Counted from the stretch's first letter, positions 1-11,122 are shown. The stretch is DNA of 64,000 nucleotides from an uncultured cyanobacterium (GCA_963740315.1 CAVUDP010000004.1:224001-288000); one strand, 5' to 3'. Numbers and translations: made by a program. The notes: a model not told the origin generated them from the letters alone.

Positions 1-21
1 GGCTTTAAACCGATTCAAAAA

Positions 22-552
22 CTATTCTATTTTCTGGATCTCTTCAAGTTTTGCTAATAAAAGGTCACTTATAATTACCCCCACTAGCTTAGTATTCTTA
101 TTAAAGACTGGTACAGAATAAGTTGTCAAAAGAATATCTTCACCAGCTTTGCCAATATCAAAATAAGGAACGCTCCAGACAGCTTTTCTTTGCTTGACTG
201 GAACGTCATACCAAACAGTGTTAGTGTAACGAAATTCGGTAGCTATATCTCTACTTTCAAATCCACTTATACTTTTTAATACAAAAGGGCAAGAGGAACG
301 TATTTCAGGCGAGAAAGCAAACGCACTTCCAATTATTACAGGATTTTTTTGTAAGTGATTTGTTAATAAGGTAAAAATATCATCAATATCTGGAGGTATG
401 CGATCGAAAGAAACAGCTAATTTTTCTGTCGATTCTTGAATAAGTTTCCTTGTTTTATCTCTATGGTTTACTACGTTTTTATTTTTTAAAAAAGCAAGAT
501 AGTTTTTTAAACAAGAAATCTCAAGATTCAGATTGTTAAAGATATTATTCAT
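22..552 (-). CDS. Stand-alone Cache (dCache-like) sensory domain protein
   Basis: WYDVPVKQRKAVWSVPYFD...TTYSVPVF...LVGVIISDL is the Cache_1 signature; no TM or output domain in 176 aa. Confidence 0.65.
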   Translation of the reverse strand: MNNIFNNLNLEISCLKNYLAFLKNKNVVNHRDKTRKLIQESTEKLAVSFDRIPPDIDDIFTLLTNHLQKNPVIIGSAFAFSPEIRSSCPFVLKSISGFESRDIATEFRYTNTVWYDVPVKQRKAVWSVPYFDIGKAGEDILLTTYSVPVFNKNTKLVGVIISDLLLAKLEEIQKIE

Positions 553-1077
553 TTTTTATTCATGCTATTTATGATTCATCAATGAAGTAATGATGCACCA
601 CGACGAATTATTAGTTGGGGTGCATCATCATATTTTAAATAATAGTGACTCTTAAAATTAGAGACACTAATGTTTACCAAAATCTAGCTGAATTAGGGGA
701 ATTATGGGAGGTAGAGGTAAGATCAACCCCTAACTTATTAATATCACACAAAGAGTTTATACAGTAAAAACATATATTTAAAAAGGCAGTATTTTTACGA
801 ATTTTTGGTAAATTTTTAGATGTTTGTATAAATTAATTTTTAGCAAAAAAATATAACTATTGACTTAATTTTATACTTTTATTATCTATTTTTTATCAAA
901 TCTACATAAATAACCTACTTTTTACTCTGAGCTATCGATCGGCTTTGCAAGCAGGCTAATGTTGTTCAAAAAATCAACTTTCTCAACACCTAAAATTATT
1001 AAAATTCGTATTTTAAATAGACAGCATAAACAAGGTTATACCAATAAACATTAATATTTCTGCTAATTAATAGATAT

Positions 1078-2388
1078 TTATAACAAACGCAACTGTGTAT
1101 TTTCACCAATTACAGAATTTTGACCGCCTTCTGAATGCTTATTATCCGAAGAATCTAATACCTCTTCTGACTCTAGGTCGAATAATTTATGTGCCGCTTC
1201 TAACATGGAATTAGCAATGTCCTGAAGGTCTTCACGGTTGTTTAAATAAGTTTTTAATGCTTCCATTGGGTCAATGCTGCTACTCGCACTCAATTCTGGA
1301 AGGCGGGGACGAGCTAACTGACTGACTAATTCCGGATGAATGGTATAAGTATGTGCCGGACTTAATATTTCTTGTAAAGAAGCGTTATCAATTAAATCTA
1401 ACTGTTCCGAACGAAGCTTGTAAACTAACCTCACAACCGCATCTTCAATATTATTTTTGGCTACTACTTTGGCGATCGCAGCGATCGGATCTTCGGCTTT
1501 AGAAACATCAGCTTCAATGGTGCGGAAAGCGCGAACAGATAAAGGACAAAATTCCCATTTAGCGCTACCCGATTCAACTTCTACCATGACATAGCCTTTG
1601 TCTTCCTTCTCTTCACTAAAATCAACTCGTTCGATGCTTCCGGGATATATTACCGGGGGTTTGTTAGATTTATTCAAATTTTGGTGACGATGCACGTGTC
1701 CTAAAGCTACATAATCAAAACATGGACGTGTCAGCAAAGACAAAGGAAGAGTGAAACCTTTACCCACCGCCAAAAAACGCTCTGCTCCCAAGTTTGCATT
1801 ATCTGCCATCAAGTGAGCTAAAAGTACAATTGGCACATCGGGATCGAGACGACGAATTTCTCCTTCCAATACAACTTGCAAACGTTCGGTTAACAGTTGA
1901 TTGATTTCCCCTAACGATAAACCCTGAGTTTCCTGACGAGTCATCAAAGCAGAACGAGTTAACCAAGGTAAAGTTATCACCTGTATCGCACCGCTACGAG
2001 TTTCAATATTATGCGTAGTTAAAGTATCTCCTACAACAATACCAGGCACGCCCAAAGTACGGTAAATACATAGACTTGCTCCGCCTTGCCCTTGTGAATG
2101 TTGGTCGTGATTTCCAACAAGTAATACTGTAGGGATTTGAGCATCCACCAAGCGGCGAAACTGACCCGCAAACGCTTGCTGCACGTAAGGTGGCGGCGTT
2201 GCATCGGGAAAAGCATCGCCACCAAACAGCACCAAATCTACTTGTTCTGCGATCGCGCGGTCAATACACACAGATAAAGTACCGACAAAATCTTCCAAGC
2301 GCGTATTTAAACCAGTTTCTGGATTCACGCGCCCGTGGGTAAAGCCACTTCCCATATGAATGTCGGAAAGGTGGAGGATTTTAATCAT
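1078..2388 (-). CDS. sbcD: Exonuclease SbcCD subunit D (Mre11-like metallophosphoesterase)
   Basis: LHLSDIH, GGDAF, GNHD, YVALGHVH and YPGSIERVDFSE motifs. Confidence 0.9.
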   Translation of the reverse strand: MIKILHLSDIHMGSGFTHGRVNPETGLNTRLEDFVGTLSVCIDRAIAEQVDLVLFGGDAFPDATPPPYVQQAFAGQFRRLVDAQIPTVLLVGNHDQHSQGQGGASLCIYRTLGVPGIVVGDTLTTHNIETRSGAIQVITLPWLTRSALMTRQETQGLSLGEINQLLTERLQVVLEGEIRRLDPDVPIVLLAHLMADNANLGAERFLAVGKGFTLPLSLLTRPCFDYVALGHVHRHQNLNKSNKPPVIYPGSIERVDFSEEKEDKGYVMVEVESGSAKWEFCPLSVRAFRTIEADVSKAEDPIAAIAKVVAKNNIEDAVVRLVYKLRSEQLDLIDNASLQEILSPAHTYTIHPELVSQLARPRLPELSASSSIDPMEALKTYLNNREDLQDIANSMLEAAHKLFDLESEEVLDSSDNKHSEGGQNSVIGENTQLRLL

Positions 2389-2422
2389 AATAGTTAGTTG
2401 TTAGTTAATAGTTAATAGTTTA

Positions 2423-2560
2423 TATAGCAATCCTAAATCAATTGTAAAAAAATTGTGCTTATTAATATTTATAAAGTAGTGGGAGCAAGATGCCCGCTGG
2501 CAATAGCGAGCAAGATGCTCGCACTACTTAAAATTCTACGAATCATTTAGGACTGCTATA
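2423..2560. mobile_element. MITE-like element with internal hairpin repeat
   Basis: Terminal inverted repeats TATAGCAATCCTAAAT ... ATTTAGGACTGCTATA; internal GTAGTGGGAGCAAGATG...GAGCAAGATGCTCGCACTAC. Confidence 0.65.
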
Positions 2561-2636
2561 TGTATTTAAAACTATTAACTTATAACTAATTTTTTACACA
2601 ATTTTATTAAATTATCACTACAAATATAAATACAGA

Positions 2637-2662
2637 AAGACGTTGCATTGCAACGTCTCTAC
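2637..2662. repeat. Small dispersed palindrome (AGACGTTGCATTGCAACGTCT family), one of about 10 copies in the window
   Basis: Related copies near 31372, 35642, 38544, 39060, 40077, 43047, 45829, 48741 and 50271. Confidence 0.85.
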
Positions 2663-2732
2663 ACAATTTATATGTATCACCATTTACGTAAAGCGGTACA
2701 ACTCTTAACTCCCAACTCAATACTCCTAACTA

Positions 2733-3455
2733 CTAAATATGTATTCCACACTCGGTTTTTCCAGTACCGCGCCAGCGTCCATCACGTTCGCTTTCGCCTT
2801 CTGCCACCTTGCTAGTGATAGGTTCATCGCCAACACTGGGATAACCTTGGTCGTGTAAAGGATTGTAAATAACTTTGTGTTCGCCAACAAAATCCCAAGT
2901 TTCTTTGCGAGTCCAGGTAGCTAAAGGATTAATTTTAAGACGACCTTTTTTATCCAACTCAAAAATCGGCATACTTGCGCGAGTTGGTGCTTGATTGCGT
3001 CTGCGTCCAGTTATCCAAGCGACGGTATCAAGTTCGTCCAAACCTCGTTGCAAAGGTTCAATTTTAGTAACGTCGTGAAATTTTACAATGTCTTTATCCC
3101 AAAGCGTTTCACCGTATAAAGAGGTAAAAGCTTCGCGGCTATCAACATCCTCATTTTTATAAACTTTCAAATTAACGTTGTACAGCTGCTTTACTTTTTC
3201 CACTAATTCCAAAGTTTCGCGGAAATGGAACAGCGTATCGAGAAAAATTACAGGTGTTTGCTGCTTGAGTTCGCGATAGAGAATGTCAGTAATGACAATA
3301 TCATCTACATTAAAAGCGCTTGTTTGTACCAAACCTGTAGGAACATTCTGTGCACTCCATGCCAAAATTTCTCTTGGATGAGCAGTTTCGTATTTCTGGT
3401 TCAACTCTTCCAATTTGGAATCAGTAAATTGAGTAGATGCTGGGGAAATAGTCAT
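2733..3455 (-). CDS. cysH: Phosphoadenosine phosphosulfate reductase
   Basis: FLDTLFHF, KIEPL, WITGRRR, GYPSVGD, ERDGRW and C-terminal ECGIH. Confidence 0.93.
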   Translation of the reverse strand: MTISPASTQFTDSKLEELNQKYETAHPREILAWSAQNVPTGLVQTSAFNVDDIVITDILYRELKQQTPVIFLDTLFHFRETLELVEKVKQLYNVNLKVYKNEDVDSREAFTSLYGETLWDKDIVKFHDVTKIEPLQRGLDELDTVAWITGRRRNQAPTRASMPIFELDKKGRLKINPLATWTRKETWDFVGEHKVIYNPLHDQGYPSVGDEPITSKVAEGESERDGRWRGTGKTECGIHI

Positions 3456-3549
3456 AACAATTAATCGTTCAAATGCTTACATAGCAGGGATAAAATAATT
3501 TTACCGCACAAAGGCACATAATCCGGTCGGGATTTAGTATTTTGATCTA

Positions 3550-3643
3550 GAGAGGGGGGATGGGGAAGAGGGGGAAGAGGGGGAAGAGGGGGAGATGGGG
3601 AAGAAATTTTAATTACTAACTGCTAACTGGTAACTGCTAACTG
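3550..3643. repeat. STRR-type short tandem repeats (GGGGAAGAG; TAACTGC)
   Basis: Direct tandem 7-9 nt units. Confidence 0.8.
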
Positions 3644-3768
3644 AAGTAAATACTTAAGTAATTGCTAAGTAAGTTTACGTAATTTTAAGTTTTACGATAG
3701 TTTTGTAGATAATTATACGGTTACTGATAATCTAATAACATATTTAATAATCAAAGGATTGTAAAAAA

Positions 3769-3873
3769 ATGAATGAATCAAAAGGTCCTAACGCGCTTAA
3801 AGAATCCTTGCTGATGGGCGTTTTGGTGATGATTACCGGCGCAAGCGTTATCACTATTATGAATATGTTTTAG
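3769..3873 (+). CDS. Putative 34-aa small membrane protein (MNESKGPNALKESLLMGVLVMITGASVITIMNMF)
   Basis: Not in ORF track; AAAGGA RBS-like site about 10 nt upstream, single hydrophobic helix, terminator directly downstream. Confidence 0.55.
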   Translation: MNESKGPNALKESLLMGVLVMITGASVITIMNMF

Positions 3874-3912
3874 GTCAAGATGAGATTTTTAGCGTAACAT
3901 AACTTTATATTG

Positions 3913-3939
3913 CCCCGCTCTTTGCTGAGAGGGGTTTTT
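3913..3939 (+). terminator. Intrinsic terminator
   Basis: CCCCGCTC-TTTGCT-GAGAGGGG stem followed by TTTTT. Confidence 0.55.
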
Positions 3940-4049
3940 AATTTTAGATTTTAGATTTTAGTTTTTTAATTTCAGATTTTACAAGCTTTTAGTTTTTTAT
4001 TTATTCCCTACTCCCTATTCCCTACTCCCTACTCCCTATTTCCTATTTC

Positions 4050-7000
4050 CTATTTCTTATGAGAAATCGGAATCTGAATAATAAAACTCGTTCCTTCACC
4101 TTTTACGGATTGACAAGTTAACTTTCCACGATGTTTATCTACAATAATTTGGTAGCTGACTGACAAACCTAATCCCGTACCTTTTCCAACTTCTTTAGTA
4201 GTGAAAAAAGGATCAAAAAGTTTATGTATAATATTTTGAGGAATACCGCAACCGTTATCGTAAATGCTTATTTGAGCGGTATTAGTGTTTGTTTTTTTAG
4301 TAAAAATTCTAATTTGAGGAATAAAACTATTATCCTTATTAGTTTTTTCTTCTAATGCATCAATTGCATTAATTAAGATATTCATAAACACTTGATTTAG
4401 TTGAGAAGGATAGCATTCAATAAAAGGGAGACTACCGTATTCTTTAATAATTTCAATACCACAAGAATTCGGTTTCGGCTTCAAACGATTTTGTAAAATC
4501 ATTAACGTAGATTCTACCCCTTCGTGAATATCTACTTTTTTGAATTCAGATTCATCCAACCGTGAAAAATTACGTAGTGATAAAACAATTTCCCGAATGC
4601 GTCGGGTTCCTTCTTCCATTGAAGTGAGGATTTTTGTTAAATCTTCTTGGAGAAAATCAAGTTCTATTGCTGCAATTTCTCGTTTAATTTCCTTTACTGG
4701 ATTCGGGTAATGTTTCTGATAAAGTTCTAAAAGTCTGAATAAATCTTGCGTATATTCACGAACGAAAGAAAGGTTCGCATGAATAAAGTTTGCAGGGTTA
4801 TTAATTTCGTGAGCGACACCTGCTACCATTTGACCTAAGCCGGACATTTTTTCAGTTTGAATCAGCTGTGCTTGAGTTTGTTGCAGTTTTTGTAGAGTCT
4901 TTTCTAACTCAATAGCTTTTTGCTGTACTTCAATTTCTGCTAATTTACGTTGAGTAATATCGGTTGCAACACCGAGTAATTGCTTCACTGTACCGTCTTC
5001 GTTGCGATGAAAAACTGTTTGTCTATCGTAAAACCAATGCCATTCACCATCATGATGTTTGACGCGATATTCAAATTCTAAAATATCCCCATCAGCAGCA
5101 GCAAGTATTTTTTGCTGTAGCGAAATAATTGTTTCAAAATCTTCTGGATGGATTATCTTGGACATAAAGTTGTCTTCCTCAGCTTGAATTTCTTCGTGGG
5201 AATAACCAAGAAAAGCAGCAGCTTCTTGATTTGCATAGATATTTCGTTGTTCTTCAATATCGAAGATATAAAGCATATTTGGAGAAGAATTGGTGATGCG
5301 TTGAATAAAATGCTGGCTGGCTTTAAGTTCTTCTTCTGCTTGCTTGCGATCGCTAATATTTATTGTTGTTCCTACTAAGCGATAAATTTTACCTCGATCG
5401 TCTTCGATCGGATTCATGGTTGTTAACAGCCAAATTTCTTTACCTTGTAATATCAGAGATTCTTCATAAGTAATCGCGGTACCAGCTTCTATACAGTTTT
5501 TACATTTGGAATATATTTCTGCTGCTGCATATACACCAAATATTTCTTCTAAAGTTTTACCAATAACTTCAGCATTAGATAAACCAATCATCCGCAGTCC
5601 AAAAGAATTGATACCCGCACAACGTAATTCGTCACCATCAACATCGACGACAAATATATTATGTTCCATTCCATCGTAAATGCTGCGTAAAAATTGTTCT
5701 TGCTCTTGTAATTTTGATTCAGTTTGTTTAATTTCGGTAATATCAATTACACAACTATACCAAAGAATAGAATTATCCAATTGTAATTCAGGTTTAGAAA
5801 CACCTTTTAACCATTTTTGTTTACCGCTTGTAGTCATAATCCGCCATTGGTATTCCCAAATATCAAAAGTTTGTGCAGAATTGGCAATACTTTGTTTTAA
5901 ACCTCGAAGATCGTCGGGATGGGTACAAGCAAACAATAATTGGCTATTTTGTTGAGCTTTTAATGGTTCAACTTCAAAGATTTCCCAACAGCCAGAAGAT
6001 ATATAAGGAAATGATATTGTACCGTCGGGAGTTAAGCAAAATTCGTTAATCATCCCCGGTACGCTATCTGTTAATTTTTTTAATCTTGCTTCGCTTTGAC
6101 GAAGTGCGAAAGTACGTTGTTCTACTTTTGTTTCTAATTCTTCATTGAGCTTTTGTAGTGCGCGTTCGGCTTGTTTGCGTTTGCTAATATCAACTACACA
6201 GCCATCCCAAAGAATAGAATTATCTGCTTGTAATTGAGGTTTAGAAATTCCTTTTAACCACTTATTGTTACCACTTGGAGTAGTAATTCGCCATTCATAT
6301 TCCCAATTTTGAAGAGTCTGAGCAGAAATAGCAATTGATTCTTTCAACGCAGGTAAATCTTGGGGATGAACCATTGTAAACAACAAATCGGCATCGTCAT
6401 ACACTTTTTGCGGTTCAACTTCCCAAATATCTTGGCATCCTGAAGAAACGTAGGGAAAAGAAATCGTACCATCAAGGTTTAGTTGAAATTGAAAAATCAT
6501 TCCCGGTACGTTATCTGCTAACCGAGAAAGTCGCATCTCGCTTTCATGTAACTGCGCTGTACGCTGCTTAACTTTAACTTCTAATGTTTCATTTAATCTT
6601 TTAAGTTCTTCTTCTACTTGCTTGGGTTCGGTAATATTTTCAATAGTACCGAGAATACCTATTACATTACCTTCGCCGTCGCGAAAAGGAATTTTGTTTG
6701 TATCCAACCAGAACAAATTCCCGTCTGGTTGTACTTGAGTTTCAATAATATTAAGTTCGGGTACACCATTATCCATAACCCGTTTGTCATCGTATTCTTG
6801 AAACCATTGTGTTTCCTCTTCAACCCAAGGTAAATCGCGATCGCTTTTACCGATTATATTGGACGGTTCACCAATACCAGCATCTTCAGCAAAATTGCGA
6901 TTACAGCCCAGATAAACCGAATTCCTGTCTTTCCAGAACACAGAATGCGGGATATAAGAGATCGCGAGTTGAAATAATTGTTCGCACAGTTGTAACTTAT

Positions 7001-7073
7001 CTCTTAACTGCTGATTTTCTTGCTTGAGTGATTCATAAATACTTTTATCAATAGCGATCGTATTTTCAGTCAT
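4050..7073 (-). CDS. Multi-PAS sensor histidine kinase
   Basis: About five PAS/PAC repeats; H-box GVAHEINNP; NQVFMNILINA, DNGCGI and FDPFFTTKEVGKGTGLGL. Confidence 0.92.
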   Translation of the reverse strand: MTENTIAIDKSIYESLKQENQQLRDKLQLCEQLFQLAISYIPHSVFWKDRNSVYLGCNRNFAEDAGIGEPSNIIGKSDRDLPWVEEETQWFQEYDDKRVMDNGVPELNIIETQVQPDGNLFWLDTNKIPFRDGEGNVIGILGTIENITEPKQVEEELKRLNETLEVKVKQRTAQLHESEMRLSRLADNVPGMIFQFQLNLDGTISFPYVSSGCQDIWEVEPQKVYDDADLLFTMVHPQDLPALKESIAISAQTLQNWEYEWRITTPSGNNKWLKGISKPQLQADNSILWDGCVVDISKRKQAERALQKLNEELETKVEQRTFALRQSEARLKKLTDSVPGMINEFCLTPDGTISFPYISSGCWEIFEVEPLKAQQNSQLLFACTHPDDLRGLKQSIANSAQTFDIWEYQWRIMTTSGKQKWLKGVSKPELQLDNSILWYSCVIDITEIKQTESKLQEQEQFLRSIYDGMEHNIFVVDVDGDELRCAGINSFGLRMIGLSNAEVIGKTLEEIFGVYAAAEIYSKCKNCIEAGTAITYEESLILQGKEIWLLTTMNPIEDDRGKIYRLVGTTINISDRKQAEEELKASQHFIQRITNSSPNMLYIFDIEEQRNIYANQEAAAFLGYSHEEIQAEEDNFMSKIIHPEDFETIISLQQKILAAADGDILEFEYRVKHHDGEWHWFYDRQTVFHRNEDGTVKQLLGVATDITQRKLAEIEVQQKAIELEKTLQKLQQTQAQLIQTEKMSGLGQMVAGVAHEINNPANFIHANLSFVREYTQDLFRLLELYQKHYPNPVKEIKREIAAIELDFLQEDLTKILTSMEEGTRRIREIVLSLRNFSRLDESEFKKVDIHEGVESTLMILQNRLKPKPNSCGIEIIKEYGSLPFIECYPSQLNQVFMNILINAIDALEEKTNKDNSFIPQIRIFTKKTNTNTAQISIYDNGCGIPQNIIHKLFDPFFTTKEVGKGTGLGLSVSYQIIVDKHRGKLTCQSVKGEGTSFIIQIPISHKK

Positions 7074-7386
7074 GGTAGAAATGCAATCTGGAGTTAAAGT
7101 AGTTAGTATTTATAGTTCCCAAATATCAGTTAACAGTGAACAGTGAGCAGTTAGCAGTTAAGAGGAGAGAGGGGCGAGAGGGGGTAGAGGGATGGGGGGA
7201 CAAGGAGATGGGGAGACAAGGAGAAGAGAGTTCTTGAGGCTCTTGAGGCTCTTGAGGCAGGGGATATTAAATAATTTAAAATTAATTGCTTCCTCCGCTC
7301 CCGGAGCTTCCTCCGCTCCCTCCGCCTTCTTCATCTCCTCACTCCTCACTCCGTGAGCAATGCCCAATTCCCAATGCCCGTAAATC

Positions 7387-7653
7387 ATGAAATTAATCTT
7401 ATACAGCAAGCCGGGATGTCATTTATGCGAGGGTTTGCTCTCAAAGTTGGAAACCATAATGCAAACTCAGGATTTCGCTTCTCTAGAATTAGAGGTACGA
7501 GATATTACAACTCGTGAAGATTGGTTTGCTGCTTATGAGTATGAAGTACCCGTACTATGTGTAGCAAAAGATGATAATTTGCAAACAATTCCGCGCCCTT
7601 CTCCCCGTGCTTCCGTTACTCAGTTAGAAAAAACTCTCCGGAAGTATATTTGA
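7387..7653 (+). CDS. Glutaredoxin-like protein (DUF836)
   Basis: LYSKPGCHLCEGL CxxC motif; YEYEVPVL; PRPSPR. Confidence 0.85.
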   Translation: MKLILYSKPGCHLCEGLLSKLETIMQTQDFASLELEVRDITTREDWFAAYEYEVPVLCVAKDDNLQTIPRPSPRASVTQLEKTLRKYI

Positions 7654-7852
7654 CTATTTGTATATCGTGAAAAATGTTGCAAAATAAGCCCAAGCAATGC
7701 GTATGACCGACCTATTTTGGATTTTAAATCGAACAAGCCTCGTGATTGACGACGAGGATAATCAATAATCTTTTTGCCTCTCTTGAGAAACAAGCTACAT
7801 AATCTAAAATCTAAAATCCAAAATCCAAAATTGAACTGACGAGGTTGACAAG

Positions 7853-9376
7853 ATGAAACTGCGTGAATTACTAGGTGCTATTGACGGTATGTCGCAATTA
7901 CCCCAACATCCCGCTATGGATGCTGAAGTTAAGGGTTTGACGACAAATTCCCATGCTACCAATGTCGGGGATGTGTTTATTGGAATGCCGGGTACGCGAG
8001 TTGATGGCGGGGATTTTTGGGAAAGCGCCATTAAAGCTGGTGCGATCGCTGCTGTTATTTCTCCCCAAGCTGCCGAAAAGTATCCTCCCCTTGCTCCCCC
8101 TTATCAAGAGGATGTTGACGGAAATTCTCCTTTGGCGATCGTAGCGGCTGATATGAAGTCAGCTTGCGCTCAGCTAGCTGCGGCTTTCTTCGATTATCCG
8201 GGACAAAAATTAAAGTTAATTGGCGTAACGGGGACAAATGGTAAGACTACAACCAGCCATTTGATTGAATATTTTCTCGACAAAGCTGAGTTATCTACCG
8301 CTTTGATGGGAACTCTATACACTCGCTGGAAGGGTTTTGTGCAAACTGCTGCTTACACTACGCCGTTTGCGGTAGAGTTGCAAAAACAATTGAAAGCCGC
8401 CCTCGATGCTGGCAATGAATATGGAACGATGGAAGTAAGTTCCCATGCTTTGGCACAAGGAAGGGTTTTGGGTTGCAAATTTGAAGTTGGAGTATTTACC
8501 AACTTGACTCAAGATCACCTTGATTACCACAAGGATATGGAAGATTATTTTGCTGCTAAAAGCTTATTATTCAGTTCCGATTATCTCACGGGAAGAGCAG
8601 TTATTAACTTAGATGATTCTTATGGTAAGCGGTTAATAGAAACTTTAGGCGAAAACAAAGTATGGAGTTACAGCGTTAACGATTCCACCGCCGACTTATA
8701 TATGAGTGACTTGAGTTACGAACCTAATGGGGTTAACGGCACTCTACATACTCCAAAAGGTGAGGTAGCTTTCAATTCGCCCCTTGTCGGACAATTTAAC
8801 TTAGAAAATTTACTAGCGGCTGTAGGAGCCGTTTTAAATTTCGACTTAGATTTACAATTAATAGCTGCCGCGATACCCGAATTTGAGGGAGTTCCCGGAC
8901 GTATGGAAAGAGTCCAAATTAGCTCAAACCAAGATGTCAGCGTGATTGTAGATTATGCCCATACCCCCGATAGCTTAGAGAACTTGTTAAAAGCATCACG
9001 TCCATTTATTCCGGGTAAAATGATTTGCGTATTCGGTTGCGGTGGAGACAGAGACAAAACAAAGCGTCCCAAAATGGGTAAAATCGCCGCTCATTTAGCC
9101 GACTTAGCGGTAGTAACCTCCGACAATCCGCGTACCGAAGATCCAGAAAGCATTTTACAAGATATCTTGACCGGAATACCCTCTTCAGTTGAACCGATGG
9201 TAATTGGCGATCGCGCTACCGCCATTCGTACTGCCATCATGGAAGCAAAATCTGGAGACGGAATATTGTTAGCCGGAAAAGGACACGAAGATTACCAAAT
9301 CCTCGGCACCGAAAAAATCCACTTCGACGACAGAGAACACGCACGCTCCGCTTTGGGAGAGAGGATGAAGGGATGA
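7853..9376 (+). CDS. murE: UDP-MurNAc-L-Ala-D-Glu--meso-DAP ligase
   Basis: GVTGTNGKTT, MEVSSHAL, DHLDYH, VDYAHTPD, DNPR and GKGHEDYQ. Confidence 0.96.
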   Translation: MKLRELLGAIDGMSQLPQHPAMDAEVKGLTTNSHATNVGDVFIGMPGTRVDGGDFWESAIKAGAIAAVISPQAAEKYPPLAPPYQEDVDGNSPLAIVAADMKSACAQLAAAFFDYPGQKLKLIGVTGTNGKTTTSHLIEYFLDKAELSTALMGTLYTRWKGFVQTAAYTTPFAVELQKQLKAALDAGNEYGTMEVSSHALAQGRVLGCKFEVGVFTNLTQDHLDYHKDMEDYFAAKSLLFSSDYLTGRAVINLDDSYGKRLIETLGENKVWSYSVNDSTADLYMSDLSYEPNGVNGTLHTPKGEVAFNSPLVGQFNLENLLAAVGAVLNFDLDLQLIAAAIPEFEGVPGRMERVQISSNQDVSVIVDYAHTPDSLENLLKASRPFIPGKMICVFGCGGDRDKTKRPKMGKIAAHLADLAVVTSDNPRTEDPESILQDILTGIPSSVEPMVIGDRATAIRTAIMEAKSGDGILLAGKGHEDYQILGTEKIHFDDREHARSALGERMKG

Positions 9377-9580
9377 CGGGGATGGGGGGATGGGGAGATG
9401 GGGAGATGGGGAGAGGGGGTAGAGGGGGGATGGGGAGATGGGGAGATGGGGAGAGGGGGAGATGGGGTGATGGGGTAGATTAAGTAATCAACTGCTAACT
9501 GCTAACTGCTAACTGCTAACTGCTAACTCTCTATTCCCAATTCCCATTCACGCGGAGCGTGCGGGCGTATCCCAATTCCC
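9376..9580. repeat. STRR tandem repeats (GGGGAGATG; AACTGCT; TTCCCAA)
   Basis: Tandem units directly visible. Confidence 0.85.
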
Positions 9581-9691
9581 AATTTTTTATCTTTTTGTAA
9601 AAAAATTACACTTAGGGGGGAGAATCTAAGAAAGTATTATTTATTGCTGGATACTTCTTAGGTTTTCCTTCTTTTGTTTTCTTTAGTTGTT

Positions 9692-11122
9692 ATGAATTTA
9701 TCTCCACCTCAAAATTTATCTATCTATCAGTTGGCAATGGAAGCACAAACGCCTCCAAAACGTTTAACTCTTAGTTGTGTGACTCTGCTGGCAATGGTAA
9801 AGTCACAAGTTGATTTACTAATTGAACAGAAAATATCAGCTACTGTTGTGGTTAAGTTTCCACCTCTGAATATTTTTTACTCGGAATTAAAGCGTTATCA
9901 GCAGCATTTAGGAGATGCGACTATTTATGATTGCCAACTGGGTGAGGTTGGAGAAATTCAAACGAATGTTGTAGAAGGATTCGATGTAAATAATTCGGAT
10001 GGGTATCTTTCTACAACTGGTTTGTCGCATCATTCAATACAGCTTGTCACAAATAATCGTCAAATAAGGCGAGAGTATTTTTTAATCATTTTATCTGCCG
10101 AGTTTTGCAGTTTTATTTTGGCGCATCGTCCGCGAAAAAAACTTAAAAAGGCGAATTTAAATCAGAAGAATAATTCTAAAATTCCGTCGCTGGTAACTAT
10201 TCAGACTTTTAATGGTGAAGTAATTCAGCGAGTATTAAATGGTATAAATAATTTCAGTAATTTAGAAAATTTTAATATAGCGACTAGCGAATTTGTTTAT
10301 CCTCAATTGCCCCAAGCAGCTTTAACCAGTCAATTATTTCTAACACAAGTTAAGCGACAAGAAGAAATCTGTTCTCAAAAATATAAAAATCGGTTCGGCA
10401 ACTTTAAACAGCAAAATCAAACACTTCGTAGTGAGTTAGAAGCCAAAGACGAATACTTAAGAAATGTATGTCAAGAACTACTTGTACCTCTAACACACGT
10501 CAAAACAGCACTTTCATTATTAAATTCTCCTAGTATCAAAGCACCTCAGCGACAGCGTTATTTAGACATGATTAAACGAGAGTGCGATCGCCAAAATTAT
10601 TTGATTACTGGTGTGATGGATTTGGTGGAGTTGGAGCGCAATTTAGAAAATACTTTTTTAGAACCAGTGTGTTTATCTGAAGTGGTTCCTGGAGTCGTCA
10701 GCACTTACCAACCTTTGGCACAAGAAAGAGGTATCATGCTGGCATATACCGTACCAAATGACTTACCACATGTTTGGTGCGTCAGCGGTGGATTAAGACA
10801 AATTGTCATTAGCCTTCTTTCTAACTGCATCAAATTTACCCCGAATGGCGGTCAAGTTTGGGTAAGAACTCGTATGCAAAAAGGTTACGTACAGTTAGAA
10901 TTCCGCGATACAGGTGTAGGTATCCCAGAGAATGAAATTTCCAAAATATTTAACCGCTTTTACAAAGTGCGCCCCCTAGCCACCGAAGAGACAGGAAGCG
11001 CCGGTTTGGGTTTAACTATTGTAGAAAAATTACTCAAGCGTTGCGGTGGAAGCATTTGTGTATCTTCAATTCCAGGTGAAGGTTCTAGTTTTAAAGTACT
11101 TTTAGCCACCGTTTCAAGTTGA
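9692..11122 (+). CDS. DICT-domain sensor kinase with atypical H-box
   Basis: N-terminal DICT-like region (REYFLIILSAEFCSFILAH); HATPase N/G boxes (LLSNCIKFTP, DTGVGI, GLGLTIV); H-box reads CQELLVPL. ATG at 9692 preferred over TTG at 9674. Confidence 0.8.
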   Translation: MNLSPPQNLSIYQLAMEAQTPPKRLTLSCVTLLAMVKSQVDLLIEQKISATVVVKFPPLNIFYSELKRYQQHLGDATIYDCQLGEVGEIQTNVVEGFDVNNSDGYLSTTGLSHHSIQLVTNNRQIRREYFLIILSAEFCSFILAHRPRKKLKKANLNQKNNSKIPSLVTIQTFNGEVIQRVLNGINNFSNLENFNIATSEFVYPQLPQAALTSQLFLTQVKRQEEICSQKYKNRFGNFKQQNQTLRSELEAKDEYLRNVCQELLVPLTHVKTALSLLNSPSIKAPQRQRYLDMIKRECDRQNYLITGVMDLVELERNLENTFLEPVCLSEVVPGVVSTYQPLAQERGIMLAYTVPNDLPHVWCVSGGLRQIVISLLSNCIKFTPNGGQVWVRTRMQKGYVQLEFRDTGVGIPENEISKIFNRFYKVRPLATEETGSAGLGLTIVEKLLKRCGGSICVSSIPGEGSSFKVLLATVSS

